Shown here: positions 39,338 through 54,800 of the stretch, piece after piece
Layout: every line of letters starts with the position of its first letter
Numbering within the stretch: the stretch's first letter is position 1
Source of the DNA: Antedon mediterranea
Taxonomy: Eukaryota > Animalia > Echinodermata
Length of the DNA stretch: 64,000 nucleotides
Assembly (NCBI RefSeq): GCF_964355755.1
Contig: NC_092680.1
Location: 7,006,001 to 7,070,000 of the forward strand
Direction: 5' to 3'
Notes under the pieces: model-generated
Databases searched by the model: none
What the model saw: only the letters and a program-made list of their open reading frames with translations
What the model was told of the DNA's origin: nothing
Position numbers and translations under genes: made by a program

Positions 39338-39689
39338 ATTTATTTATTTATTTTATGTCTTTAGGCAATGTGGCCAAGGATTACCGATAGTGAATTAATC
39401 ACTGTCCTATCAGATAGGTGGTAATCCCCCTGATACAGGGGCTATTGTGTGAACCAGTTCACCGGGGTAACCCCCTACTCTTTTTCGAATAATGAACTGG
39501 GTTTCTTTAAAGTACACACAGGTTATAACTGTGTACACTGGAACTACGGTTTATAGTCCTTATCCGAGAAGACTTGTTCCACCACCAGAACTAGGAGCGA
39601 GTCGGCCTCGAACCCTTGCCGATGTTGTTGTTGGCTCTTTAGGTACGGTAAACGGCGCCCCTGCCTTAACCGCTCGGCCATATGACTCA
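39338..39689 (-). mobile_element. tRNA-derived Nin/Deu-like SINE, second copy
   Basis: Near-identical to 14411-14766. Confidence 0.85.
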
Positions 39690-39869
39690 CTCACATTTTA
39701 ATGTTAAAATGTCAACAATCCAGATGCGACTTCAAAGTTTTAGGTGGGGTTTTCTCTACTTAAAAGTCGGCTTTATATGCCTAAAATCGTTGATGTTGGT
39801 CTAGACATTGACATCTATGTTATATTTGTTCCAAATTTTTTGATTTTATAAAATTGAGAGTGCTAAACT

Positions 39870-40112
39870 TAACATTTACGAGATCGAAACAGGGTAAGCC
39901 GCAGGAGGAAAAAGATGTTCTGTTGTGCTCTCCCTGCCTGTTACCGCCTCAAGATTTGGTGGAAAAAGGAGCGTGTAATTCTGTGAGCCCCAAAAACAGT
40001 GGTTCGCATAGCTTTAACTCTATTCCACCACGGAAAGTTCCAAACAGCATAGTGTTCGAACCCATGTCATCCGTGTTATCAACACGACGCTCAGTCGACT
40101 GAGCTAACCGGT
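39870..40112 (-). mobile_element. Different tRNA-derived SINE (degenerate)
   Basis: Minus-strand head GACCGGTTAGCTCAGTCG...GTTGATAAC...GGTTCGAAC (A and B boxes); 3' boundary uncertain. Confidence 0.55.
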
Positions 40113-40426
40113 CGTCGTGTTTATGACTCGGTTAATACAGTACTAGTATCGTACCCTCACGATGACGTCATGAGTATGCATACCTATGACGTAACAAAGA
40201 ATTATTAAATATGAAGCACGTACTAATAGACATTACCAGCAGTTTAGTCATGTGTACATGTGGCGTAACAGGTAATGCTTTATTTTTTAGTAATCTCCGC
40301 CCTATTTTTCTGGGTAAAATTTGAAAAATTAATTAGTTTTTTCTTTTATTATGAAAGAGGCTTAGGTTAATTTAGGAAATAGTTTCCTTCATTGTAGAGA
40401 GGGCGCGTTTCATATCTTGTCAGAGT

Positions 40427-40575
40427 AAAGCTCTGTCTACAATATCAAAATAGTTTGATAAAAAAAGTGTGATGTGCCCAAATAAGGTAGTGATATGCCA
40501 AAATATGTAGTGATATTATATCATCATGTCCATATATGGGCACATCACATAATGTTTGATAGTCTAGACAGGCTG
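40427..40575. mobile_element. Harbinger-like MITE (related copies 47847-48065 and 62797-62905)
   Basis: AGCTCTGTCTAC...GTTTGATAGT.TA.ACAG termini and a shared GTGTGATGTGCCCAAATA core. Confidence 0.6.
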
Positions 40576-42772
40576 AGGTTAAGATTGTTTTGTAATGCGT
40601 AGCTTTTTACAAAATATCTTTGGGAAAAAATCTGTGTTTTCTATCTGTCAAATAAGCTTTTCGCGCCGAGCATTTAGGCAGTTACATCGAAGAGGACGGG
40701 GGCATTAGGACATTGTATTACGCGGAAGCTTGTGACTTATTACGGCTGAAAAAATGTGAATTTCCCAAAGCACGTCTGGGAGAAGAGAATCTATGAGATG
40801 TATGCAGACAGTAAGTCCTGTTCAATAAACAATATTTTCGTTTTTACTTTCTATTTATCTTTGTCAAAACACAATCCTTCCTCTATGGTTAACATTATTG
40901 GCGAATGTGTGTATGTACGTTTGTCGGCGGCTGGGAACTGTTTGTTTACTGGAATGTTGGGGTATGTGGGTCACACAGCCTTAGGGAGTAACGCCTCTAC
41001 CCCGGAATATGCACAGTATTAAATTTAGTTTAGGATTTTGTTCATTTCAGACTATATTTACGTTAAACAAAATGTTTACTACTGATTGTTAAACAAACAA
41101 ATATCATTAGGCCCTATTTCTTGTTTATTATTAAATATCAATTTAAAAAAGCATCATTTAATAAAGAAAGAACAATAATGTAAACTGTTACGTCAAAGTC
41201 GAGCGGTGTTTTCTTGTTTTACTATTGACTAACCATATCCTTTAGACCTACAATAGAAATCATCGAAAGCAGCCAATAAAAGTTATTATAGAAATATTTA
41301 ATTAAAGTAGAAATATGGTATGCCTACAAAATCACAAGGAAACAAGTTGAAAACCCGTATTACAAAATTTCTACGAGATACTCTGGTGTGGGAATATGAA
41401 GATTTAAACAAGCCGATTTAAATACTTCTAACACAGGCGCGCCTACTCGTAACAAATATGTTTTTTAAAATAGCACACAACCCAACCGTGTTTATAGTTC
41501 CACACATCAGCATCTTGAGGACACACTTCACAGGCTCTGAACATCTCAATAATAACAAATAAATAGAATTTGCATTAAAATAAAAGTGGGTCTAAAATAT
41601 GTAAAATTGAATTATAATCATTAATCAAAAGAATCAAGATAAATTGAAATATATATATATATAATATTCATAAAAAGTACTTAAATAAACTATACACAAA
41701 AACTAATAATATAAAATGTAAGGTACTAGACCTAAAATCCAACTCTTTTTATGGATTTAGCTAACCTCCTAGTAGTCTAATATCATCCGGTTCTAACACA
41801 GTATCATGTCCGGCGACAACAAACAGCGACGCAGTTTCTTGCTAAGCTTGGTTCCCACTAGAACGTAACGCAAGGACGTAAACGCAACGCAAGCGTTTTA
41901 ACCAATGACAAGCGAAGTTATAGACCGTTAGCAATCACAAGAACGTCCGATAACTGGCTGCTAATTATAGTACTTATGAAAGTTTACATTAACCTCCTGT
42001 AAAATAATATTTACTCTTCTTTAAAACTTTCGTAAACATATTGAAATTATTTCAGTCCTTTAAATAACGTTAAGTTTGACCAAAGCAATCTAAGAACAGA
42101 ACACTGAGCTCACCTTGCCAAGATAGAACTCGTAACAGTCTTTTGATCGTATGTCTGTCTGCGACAAATACCAATATTACTATGTACATATTCTCGGCGG
42201 CGCAGTGTCTGTTAAGGGGCGTGGATCTGATCGTGTCCAGCCACAGAAAAACCCTTTAATCTCCGGAGCTCACCATCCTGCAGTTAGATTGACTTGGTTT
42301 GACAATCACTGTACTTGTTCTTTGTGCACAACTTAGTTCAGTCTGGTATGGATTATCTAGTTATTGGAAAACAATATGTTCGTATTATTGTTCTCTTGCT
42401 TAATTTTTTAGGAGGAATTATCGTGATATTGTTTTCAAAGGCTGAACCATAAAATTGTACAAGATATGGAGAGAACAAAGTGAACGGCATAGTAGGTATA
42501 TGTGTATTCTGTAGGTTACCTTACTTAACTAAATTTAGCTCTGCAGCATTTGTTGTTAATTGTAAATTTTCGATAGACTGCACAACGTTAGTCATGACTG
42601 TGGTCATAGGCCTAGCCTACAATGCTTATTCATGTATATGGTTGCGTGATATGTCCTCCAATGAAATGTATTCCCTCAACCCAACTTTCCACTTGTGAAA
42701 CCCCAACTTCATGGTGTACCTCAGAATCGGATACGTTCCGAATAAGATAGGTAGTCATTGTCATATTTGGTT

Positions 42773-42885
42773 TTAACAAACATTGCAGCTTTGTCTGCAG
42801 TTGTTGTACATGTAATGTGGGTTCCTTTCGCATTCTCCACGAAATGCCCAATCAGGACAATTCGAATTGTCATCGCCACAAGCAC
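42773..42885 (-). CDS. Terminal exon, ShK domain
   Basis: [36 protein letters not shown] after a TATAG acceptor. Confidence 0.88.
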
Positions 42886-45800
42886 CTATAAAAAGAGCAA
42901 GAAGTACAAAACTGTTTATTATTTATAGAATATTCTCGATATTAGACTATTAAATAAATTTTGCTTTCCTGCAAATCCATTTTATTGCGTGGATAATATA
43001 TTCTAGGGCCTACACTTTTCAAATGTAGAATATACAGAGATATTGTTGTAAAGAATAAGATTCAATTAATGATCATCTACGCGATAAAATGGCTAAATGT
43101 GAGTGTTTATGGCAATCCGCATGTACGACGCTCATCTATTTTATGACGTACATCGTGAGATAATGGGGTCCATCACACCATTAATAGAGATGAGGGATCG
43201 ACCATACTATCCACACGTTTTACAATTACTTATTAAGCCCCGAGTGTTCAAATTATGTTGAAGAACAAACCTGACGTCACATACACAACCCGATGACGTA
43301 ATTATTGACGAAATCTACCCGACATGTAGACGGGAAAACAAGGTAATGATTTACGTCATCAAAATAAATTCTCTTTATATCTTAGATTGAAATACATTTT
43401 GCATACCTTCACACGTGTTACAACTGAAAGGGCAGTTTCTTTTCATCCATTCAGAGTTTAAAGAACATTCGTTTTCAGATGCCCAACCTGGGCAATAGTC
43501 ATTTAGATCCTTACATCCTATATACATAAATTAAATTCATACCGTATTAAAATTATTATTGCAAACACAGTCAGTGGATCTACTTTGAAATGAATCAGTG
43601 GATCTACTTTGAAATGAATCAATGACGTAATCGCATACAATACCATGTTTCTGTAAAATAATAAAGTGTTTAGGCCTATAGTATATTTCAGCAAATTTAA
43701 CTCTTTTTCTTTAAACTTACCGCCATTTGGACTTTCTGTTGCAAACGGACTGTCAGTGGTTTGTGGTGCAGCCGTTGTAGCGTAACACGTTCCACATGTA
43801 TATTTACAGAAAATGTCCATCCATTCGGGGTTGATAAGGCACTCTCCAAGATCAGCCCAGTCAGGACAGGCTTCATGCTCATCCACGCATTCTGAACAAT
43901 TTAAAACGTAATATCAAGCTGGCAATCTATATCAGACTTCCCAACTTGAATAAATGAAATATCGGGAGGTTTTTATGAAACTAGAGAGGGCGCTATAACA
44001 CTACATCAAACCATAGAGGGCGCTATGAAAACCTAAAAATATTGGCATCTAATGGCGAAGGCAAAAAATGCGTTGGCAACTTATTATTTCGCTTATTATT
44101 ATTATTATTAAGCAACGCATGAATGGATTAAAAACATTATACGGACCGCCGATATTAGTAGCGGTATATGTTTTCTATTCTCTTATCAATAGGCCTATCT
44201 AGAGTAGTAGACATTTATACATATCGGGAGAATGTTTTGGTTTATTCAAAATATCGGGAGACTTAGCGGGAATATCGGGAGACTCCCACCATTGTCGGAA
44301 GAGTTGGAAGGTTTGGTATATTCACATATGTTTGTTTCTTTATTTCCATTCACAACAAAATAAAACCATTAACATACATAAATATTCATTACAAAAAATG
44401 AAAGAATGGAAAGGGGGAATCTCTGAAGCACAGCTTATAAGTAGAAACCCCCTGTTACAAAACAGTTTATAAATAGTAATATGAAACAAAGGCACAACGG
44501 CATAGGCAAACAAAATGTAACTTTTAAGAAAGTTTCTTTTTTTTTCTTTATCTTAAAAAAAAAAAAGATTTCTCAGAGAGTAAGATGTAATTGTAAAAAG
44601 AAAAAAGATAAAAAAAAAACCTGTTCTAATCAGAGTATTGCAAAAGTAATTTATTTTTGTATTTTATTTTAAAAGTTATAGGATTCTTAAGTAACTTAAG
44701 AGTCTCAGGTATATCACGCCAAAGTTCAACCCCTTTACTAACTAAACTTAATGATTTTTGAGTGGTTCTTTTAAATTGTGGGTAGAAATGGTGTTTTTGT
44801 CGCGTGTATTTATCGTGGACAGCTGAGCATAAAATGAAATTATTTTGAACAATCACTGGGAGTAATTATATATATCCATATCGATATTATTTTATAAAAT
44901 GCAAGATTATTTTACCTTCATCTTCCTCCGGTTGTTCTTCTTCATCCTCCACTTCTTCTTCTTCCTCGTCAATAGTGTTGTAAATGTAACCATTGCTACC
45001 GTCACAGTTCATTAGCATTGGTGTGTCTTCAATGGTTCCTTTAAAATAAAATAAAATTAAAATTGACTGAAGTTTTCATTGTTTTGGCAAATTGTTTGAC
45101 AAGACACTTCCAGAAAGTCGTCGAACTAACACTTTTAATTTAAAAAAAAAAGGCTTCTATAGTGTCTGGGGAGGCTAGACATTTTCCCATGGGATAACGT
45201 ACGTTGCTCTAAGAATACGCGATACTGCATGCTACTTATTATCGTTAGATCTGATACTGCAGGTACATCGTGTGGATTTTTATACGTACCTACAATTTAA
45301 GAACTGGTTAAACTTACCCTTTTTGTTACATCTGTCTACAATGCTGTTAGCACATGGGAACAACTCCATCATAAGATCATACAGTTTAGGATCGTATCGC
45401 TGTAGCTTCAATCTACTGTTGATCTCATTGTGACTGCCTGGCGTTCTCTTGGATTGCACGCCAAAGAAACTCTGAACACCTTCCGCGAAATACTCCTCAC
45501 TTGTATCGTCTGCTCGCGTATCTAACCACAACCCGGTTCTTCTGGCGTTCCAATACGCCCGACGAAGTTTTGTCTGAAAATCAGCTATTCGCGTTACAGC
45601 TGCAATTTTATGAATTGTATGTGCTAGATTATGTACAAATAAATCTTCTCCCCTTTTAGAATCATTTTTAAAACATAGAATATTTTCCTCAGCGGCGGTA
45701 GTAATTGGCATATGAAGAGTACCCGGTAGACCCCGTATATCTAAATTGAAGACATCCGGCAGATGCGAATGTTCAGGAATGTTGTGAGTGTTTTCTCCCT

Positions 45801-48800
45801 GAGCCATCACAGCAACTCGAAAGTAGTTTACATACATAGTGTATCTCAAATCTCGTCTGTCAGCTAATAGGAATCGTAAAGTATAGCAAGCTCTACGTAA
45901 TGCAGCATCTGACACTCGATGAGAACCGAGAATTGGAATGTTATACGCATGAAGGTATTTTCTATAAAAGAAACTAAGTCCAAAACTCTTGCGTACATTT
46001 CCAGGCACGCTAATAACTTCATCGCACTGCCATTTGTCCGATATACCACCTTGTCTTACACCTATGTTTCGTTGCACATATTGCGTCGAGACAGCTGGGG
46101 AGAAAAAAAAATTAAATACAAAACTAGTACCGGTATAGATTTCGTGTTCATGTGTTCACTTTGATTATATTTTAACGAAATTTCAATTATGCCCTCAATG
46201 ATTCATTGGTTTTATTTCACAATGCATCAAACATAATATTAATACAGACTTAGCAGACACCCGAGTCTGCATCTGCCACTAGATAGAGTCTAACTGACTA
46301 CCACAAGTAATTTTGGAAAGGAGTCTGACTGTATTAAATCGGGTGAATTACACACCAGGAAACAAACAGTCCTCAACCCATGTCTCTCACAAATTCACTT
46401 ACCTTTCGCCATTTTACAACCATAATACGATAATACCTCCGCGATACCGTAAAGGACTGCTACATCAATACAACACAGAGTAATATATATAAAGACAAAC
46501 GCAATGACAGTGCTAAAGCAGATGTCATTTTGACTATGAATACATTTTAGCGGCAACTTCAAGAGGCTTACCGTAATCATCTGAATGCCTAAGAAAATAT
46601 AGTATAGGTTTGTTGTTTTCCGTTACACGCCCACCAGCTGAAAATAAAAAAATATATATAGTAGGTTTCGTTCACTGCTATGCATATGCATTAAAACGAA
46701 AAAGTTGATTGAAGCCATAATACCCCTTTCACACCAAAAGCAAAACTCCGGAGACGCCCCGGTGTTTTGGTGTAAACGGTAAAAAACGGCAAAACACCGG
46801 GGTTGAACAGCTGAACGTTTTCCGGAAGGTGAATTGCGGGGACACACCGGTGTTTTGCACAGGAAAGTGGTATACTATACAATCATGTTCTCAAATATTC
46901 TTATCTTACTTGTATATGGTGCTTGCGCTTTAGTCATGGTCATAGAATCGTACGGTTTAACATAAATTATTATACTCATATCCACAGTTATCTGTTATGA
47001 GTGCTCGTGTGATCGATTAACTCTCTTATAACCTCCGCCGTGTCGTAACTCGTAACTCCGATGTACACCTCCAATAACTACAATGGTTGTCAGAGGTAAC
47101 GTACCCCACACTATTTAACCAGAAGAACCAATAAATTAAACCGATTAAAGGGTCTTTCACACCTGTTCCGGCACGGTTCCGGTCCGGCAAATCAAACATC
47201 AATGTTTCGTTTTCACGCGGCTATGCGCCAATCGATATGTGCGTAGCCGCGTGAAAACGAAACATTGGGGTTCGATTGGATTTTCCGGCGCCGGACCGGA
47301 ACCGTGCCGGAACAGGTGTGAAAGACCCTTAAAGTCTGCTTTTAACTCACTAACTAAGAGAAGCCTAGGTTTTGTTGCCCTGTTACTATATTTAAAAAAC
47401 AATTGTAATAAGCCATTTGAGAAACTAAACTCAACGGACTCACGTATTCCATCATCGGAAAAGCAGACTCTGCATGACTTAGGACAGTTTGTATCCATCC
47501 ATGCCTTATTGTTGGCACACTCATCGCGTGCAGCCCACCCTGCACAGTCTGCATGTAAATCGTAGCAGTATTCTGTATTTAAAAAGAAACTGAAATTAAA
47601 ACACAAAACTTCCCAACTAAAATGTATCAACCTAAACTACCGAATTCGTGAAAAATTACATATAAACTTTATTCAATCTATTCATATTTGTTATGTGTAT
47701 TTTTTTTAATGAGATGAATAAAGAGATTGATTGATTTATTAATTAATGATATCATTTTGAAAATATTAAAGGACGCTTGTGATTGGTCAACTCACTTGCG
47801 TTGCGCCAATTTACGTCGTTGTTTGCAAGAAGTGGGGAACGAGCTTAAAGCTCTGTGTCTACACTATTAAACTAGTTAGACAAAAAAAGTGTGATGTTCC
47901 CAAATAATGGTAGTGATGTTCCAATATATGGTAGTGATATGACATTATCATGTCCATTATGGGCCCATCATTTTTTTTTGTCAAATACAGTTTGATTCTA
48001 GACAGAGGTTAAGATTGTTTTGTAATGCTTGTCTTTTTACAAAATAGAGTGTAGACATAGCTTTAGAACAATTGCAATAATCTTCTTGTGATATTTGAGT
48101 TAGCGTATGATGTGAATTACAAAAATTGGTTAATTTTTCGGAATTCTTGTTCAATAAACAAAACATTGAAAGCAACTCACGACAGTTTTCCTCATCCGAA
48201 CTGTCTGAGCAGTCTTGACTACCTTCACATAAAAACCGCCGATCAAGGCAGTAATCACCCGAGGCACATTGGAACTCATTACTTCGACATACTACTTTGC
48301 CTGAAATATAATACAAGATCATGTATGGTATTATTCTTAGTTAAGACTGCGATACGATACATTTAATTGGCAACATTTGGTGGAAATCTTTAAATCCTTA
48401 TGTCTACATCGTAGATTTACAGCCCTTTAAACATTGAGTATGCACCCTATGTACCATCTAAATGTTTCATATAGGCCTAGATCATTATGTAGTAATTAAT
48501 GTACGTCGGTGCGTAGACATGGTATTGAGTTATTTACGCAAAAAACTCAAATGTATACTGTAAAGTATAACGAAATGAACGTGCATTTTAATACACGTTT
48601 ATTTCGTTAAAACATTTCTGATATGATGACCTGAAGATGTAACCAGTATTTGACGTCTAATATTATCGTATTTTTATTCACCTACTTCGCATACACCTCC
48701 ATGAACTTATAGATTAATCGAAACGTCTATAGTTACTAATAATAACTCATACAAACTAGGGTACACGATATTGTTATTGACTGTATGACTTGCATATAAA

Positions 48801-51800
48801 CAAAAGAATATAAACTTACAATGTTGCTCATCCGAACCATCATGGCAATCGTGAAACCCGTCACAAACTAACGATTCCGAAACACATTGACGCCCGGACG
48901 CACACATAAAATGCCACGGTAGACATTCGATAGTGCCGCCTAAAAGAAAATAAAGATTGTAATAAACAAGAAATATTTCGCCTCTCATCTGACGATAACT
49001 ACCGTCTACATGCATCATAATATTTATCAGCAAATGTTTTCACTCTCTTTTCCCAGACGTACCTCGGGGTGTGCGCATGCCCAATCTGAGTTTCCAAATA
49101 CCCATTTTCAGCCGTACTACTTATAAGCTACCGCATTAGTAATGCATTCCGTTCTCTTGAATACAACTGGTCATACTGTACTTGGATATCATCATTTAAT
49201 ACATGTTTGGTTAGTACCTGATAAATGCCAAGTCTTTACGATTGGATTAAATGAGACCACTTGGTCTTCAAGAAAACTAAATTGTCCTGAAGATTTGCTA
49301 CTTTTGAAAAGTGATCGGTAAGCAACACAGGTCTTAATTGATTCCTTGTTTTGGGAGGTTTTTGGGAACTTTGGCACTAGACCAGGATCCAGTGGCCGTA
49401 TTCACCAATCACACTTAAGTGAAATAATTTCCTTAAATATCAAATATTTCACTTAACTCAATAAATATTTTAGTTTTTCCTTTAAGTTGTATTTTTAAGG
49501 GAAAATGTTTTTATTTTAAGAGTAAGTGTTTCCCTTAGCCTAAATGTGAATGGTAAATACGGCCACTGGGACTAGGACTTTTTTTAAACACAAAAACAAC
49601 TGAAACCAACTTGTTTCAAGAGGCTGGCAGGTATACCCATCGTCCGCTCGTTCATAGCCTTCGTTACAGTAACAAATAAACGAAACGTTAGTGTTGACAC
49701 AAACGCCTCCGGTACATATGTCGGGATTTTTTCTACATTCATTCATATCTAGATAAATTAACAAACAAAGTTCAAAGTTCAGCAAAAAATAATGCAATAA
49801 ATATAAAAGTAAGACAACCTTAAAAACAAGAAAATTGAACAATGTTCGTTCTTATATTATGTATTTCTAAAAATTATATATTCATCCCTTAATCATAAAA
49901 CAATAAAATTATATGAGTAGGTATTATATAGATAAACTTTGTATACTTTTACTTTACGAAAATGGTTTCAATTAATTTTATATTTATCATTAAGGTGGGA
50001 GGTAAGGTTGTTGTGACGATGGATTCCACGACATAACATACCGTACTCAAAGTACCGTTCAAATGGACCCCACCCAGGGAAAACGATACAGAGGAAGATA
50101 AAAAACGACTAAGGAAAGAAAACCTTAATTGTGGTGAAGATCAGTAGGCCTACAGATGGAAAAAAAGACAAAACAAAATGGAGGAAAATGTTGCAGCCTT
50201 ACCTCCCAGCTGGGATGAAAGTATAGCTATAGAATAAACTAATATATCAATAAAGTAGTTGTTTGCGTCCAATTTTGTGTTTTGTACTTCTGGAAACAAT
50301 CGTGGCAATATCGGATTAAATGCATTTACGGAATGGATACATTTTTGGTAATATTTCCATTACCTACAGTACTTACACAAAATAATATGACATCACATTG
50401 TGGTTGTGTTAAATATTTTTAATAACGTCTATTACATCACTTACCTTCACATACTTTAAGTTTTCTATTGTATCTCAGTCCATCGGGACATCTGCATTGG
50501 CAAGTGGTTCCGTCAAGCACTGATCCTCCACCACAAGTTTTACCACTACATCCTAATAAAATACAATACAATTCGTTTCACAAGAACTGTTTAAATCGGT
50601 AATTAATTTAATTTGTTTAATGTTAGTTTATACGCATCCACAGCGAGCAACTCGCCAATTAGCCTACAGGATGGATAAACTATTTTAAGATTTCGTGCTT
50701 CTAAACTAAAGCTTGGTTCCCACTAGAACGTAACGCAAGGACGTAAACGCAACGCAAGCGTTTTAATCAATCACAAGCGAATAAGCCATCGCTTGTGATT
50801 GGTCAATTCACTTGCGTTGCGTTAGTGTCCTTGTGTTGCGTCGCTAGTGGGAACCACCCTTTAGTCTCATTTTTAAGGGAGTAGAGTTGAAAGAGTTGAA
50901 AGAGTCGTGAGTTCCAACACTGACACTAGGTCAGGATTGAACCCTTAACCTTAGGATTGGAAAGCAAGCATGTTAACCAAGCTACAGCTCCGCTGAGGTA
51001 TAGCACTAATAAGTAAATGACTTGCATATAAACTACCGGTATGCTATAAAGTCTCATTTAAGGTTTAGGGAGTGGAGTTGTAAAGGGTGGTTCCAACTAG
51101 CGACGCAACGCAAGGACGTAACGCAACGCAAGTGAATTGACCAATCACAAGCGATGGCTTATTCGCTTGTGATTGCTAACTGTCTATAACTTCGCTTGTC
51201 ATTGGTTAAAACGTTTGCGTTGCGTTTACGTCCTTGCGTTACGTTCTAGTGGGAACCAAGCTTAAGAGTCGCGAGTTACACACCACGCTGAATGAAGATG
51301 TTGCCGCCTCAAAAAAATCCCACTGAACCGTCATTTTGTTTACTGCCAAAACTACTTACGTAGATCCGTTTCTGGTATTTCTGAACATGTTGTGTTGTCT
51401 GTATTTAATTGGTATCCAGACTTGCAGAAACACAGGTACGATCCTGGGTAATTGACGCACCCCTGCTGACACGAATCCATGTACCACGTACATTCATCAA
51501 TATCTGAAAACAAAAGAAGACAAGACAACTCACTCCTGGGTACAAAATGGTTAATAAATAAATAATTATAATAAAATAAACTACTTAGAAATCGATATGC
51601 CATTAAACACTGCATCATTGTATATGCCTAATTACAGATTCTATTCTAAAGTTTGTATCCAATTAAATCTCAATGTGTGGTTTCGCTGTCGTCTTGGTTA
51701 CCGTATTCGGTGGGCAATAGTAAAACTATTGTAAATTGTAAGGATGCTTTTAAGGATCGGTGGCTGGCCCAGGGCCAGGCATACTCGTGAGTTTAATTGT

Positions 51801-54800
51801 AGTCAAAAAATAATGAACAGATAATTTTATTGGAACATCAATCAATGATAAAATACATATTCATTCATAGAATGTGTTGTCATTTTCATATATTAAGCCT
51901 ACAATATACATAGAAATTGCTGAGAGACACAATACAAACATATTGGAATATATGAAAAACTTGTCATTTTTTTTATGTTGCTTTGTTTGTCTTTTTTGCT
52001 GTTCTTTCAAAGGACCTCATTGGAAACAAGTCCGTAGAGGACTTTTATGAGTTATCCTTGGCATCCTTGTTTTATATTGGTATTTTTATATTTGTCAATT
52101 TTAATTGTATGTCTGTGATATTTTATGTACTGATGCCGAAATAAATCAAATCAAATCAAATCAAGGAGTTTCAGAAAACTTTCTTTCTGGCCGTTTACTT
52201 TGCGGTTGTGATTTAACTTATTTTATTTGTATCTCCATTTGAGATTTTTTCTGTATGGCCTAATTGTATTATTATACAATGGAATGTTTAATAAAAGTGT
52301 TATTATCAACCCAACCTTTATTACTAACTATCTGTTTACAAGAAAGGTACATTGACGGTGAACAAGGCTTTGTGAATGGTTAACAACGTAAACTTATACG
52401 GTAACCAAACTTGGTTTGACATACAATAAACAATGGCTTTAAGATATTTTTCATAAACGTAAACCTCATACCACAAACCTGAGTAAGGAGTACTATTAAA
52501 GGCTTTAGTGTTTCTGTTAATTGATGTTTATTTAAATTCAATCAACGTGATTAAATCAATAATTTCATTCAAGTGTGCGGTTGACGCACCTGGAAAGATG
52601 GAAACTCGGATCGGCACCACAGCCAATCATTTTCAATTTTGATCCTAACTTTTAATCAGTTTTCAGCAAAACTTTTAAATTGACTGTAAATTGTAGAGAC
52701 TTGAATGAACCCTTGTCGTTGTCACAGCTGCCACCGACATATTGTCTCATTACACGGGCATGTTGTGTTTCATAACAAGGCTCGTTTTTAGGCTACATTG
52801 GAATCAAACTGAGAGAACAGCTTTTAATTTGGGCATAACAATCACCTTACTATTCGCTAAAATTGCTACTAGGGTGGGATGTGCTCGGTGTACCAGAACT
52901 CGGGTGAATGCGGTACAGTACTTACTTTTTGGTGTTAGGCCTAAAGTTATGTACACGTATTATTGTATCAATTAAGCCCCTCTAGATACAATGATGACCA
53001 AGAATATGAAAATAATAGTTTTGTGATGTTTATAGAAAATCATTTTTTATAATGTTTTCATAAACTTTGGGCTGTATGGCTATAATTTTCTACTGGGTAT
53101 AATAAGCGAGTTGAGTAAGTTTGTGACTGGGTTCAGATTTCTATTTCATACGCGAGATTGTTATTACGCCACAGGGAAATTTCAATATTATTATTATACA
53201 CGTGTTAGAATAGCGGTGTATTGTATATCATAGCGGGCTCTATTACAAAATAATAAGTATTATAGTTTTAGACTACTGTATACTGCTTTAGATATTAATT
53301 GCTGATATAAATAGTAGCTAGTAAGTCACAAGTGGAAGCTAAGTTTGTAGCAGTAGTAGCATGCACAACGAAACAGAATATAATAAAGCTACTCTATATT
53401 AGATTAGGTGAATGTTATTGTTAGTAAAGCCTTTTTTTTCAATTGGCACATTTTTCGTGCGAATGCAATGTTTTCGCTGAAGAAAGAAGAAATTTGCATT
53501 AACTTGATATTACTTTCCATTACCAAAGAGTCAACAGCTGAGATGTTAATAATCCATAAACATAATAGAGTTCGTTAATCGATAAACTCGAAGTTTGTTT
53601 TAAAAAAGTGTTACCTAAAGTTAGCTGTAGGCATTCTTACCTTGGCAAACCCGGGCAATAATGTCGTACCGATAGCCATCTTTAGGACAATCACATTTAC
53701 ATGTAGTTAAGTTGAGTTTGGCCCCGTCCACACAGATCTGCCCTCTGCATGCTACATTTGGAAGATATAATGAAATACTTCAGGCCTATTATGAGTAGGC
53801 CTAAATAGATTCTAATCTGTCAGGAAGAATAAAGAGTAACCCATATGGGAAAAAGGTTTTATCTTTCAACACAAGACATAGTATCTTATGATATAATCCA
53901 TTTCATGTGCACCCATGGAGCGAAATAATCCCAGATCACCATCCGCTCAAAGTGAGAATTATGTCATTTGTCAATGGCACTTTCCCTTTCACGTTGGATA
54001 CGTAAACAAGGACAGTTCTAGCTAAAATCTCCAGATAACTCAGATCTATAAAGGCTGAGTCTGTTTCAATAACATCATGTTATTGACGCGAACGTTAAAT
54101 AGAAAAAAAATAGGCCTATATAAAAAATGATAAAGATAATTAATAATGGTAAACTTTATCAAAAATTCAAAATGTCTCAGTTTGTAGATGTAAATGAACC
54201 TCATATATGGAAATGCCAGTTATATAGACACCCCCTAATTTTTCGCAGCTCTAACATTAGGTTGTCACATCAGGGGTAAAAAATTGAACAGCACAATATA
54301 ATACATTATCTAGATAGGACACCATACGGATATATGATTTTCGAAAGTTGTTATACGTACGTAATACAGTAGGCACCTTGTTGCATTGCCATCCGTTCAA
54401 GTGCAATATTTTTTCAGGCGGACATGTGCATCGATAACTTCGATAACTATTTGTGCAGTTACCTTGGCAACGCTTACCGATGTCCGTAACACATTCATCG
54501 ATGTCTAAACAATAAAAAACTTTAATGAGTTTTGGAGAAATACATATAGGTACAACCTACATTTATTTTACATTAACTTTCAACTTTACTCACATCATAC
54601 AAAACAGTACAAAAATAGCTTTCGGTTTGGCTCCTGTCACAAAAAATAAATTAGTCAAAATGCATACAATAATTCAATAAGGAACTATATAAAATGTATT
54701 TGTAAAAGTAAACATTTAACTTCATTTATGAGTTTAAATCTTGAAGAGATACATTTTATAGCTAAGGGTAAATTATTCCAAAGTTGAGCTCCATTAAAAG

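Noticed and set aside
40040-40112. tRNA-Ile-like gene
   Set aside because: A and B boxes are present but the acceptor stem does not pair convincingly; better read as a SINE head.
43980-44030. Two AGAGGGCGCTA CTCF-like motifs
   Set aside because: Only partial matches, located inside a probable MITE; not supportable without ChIP data.
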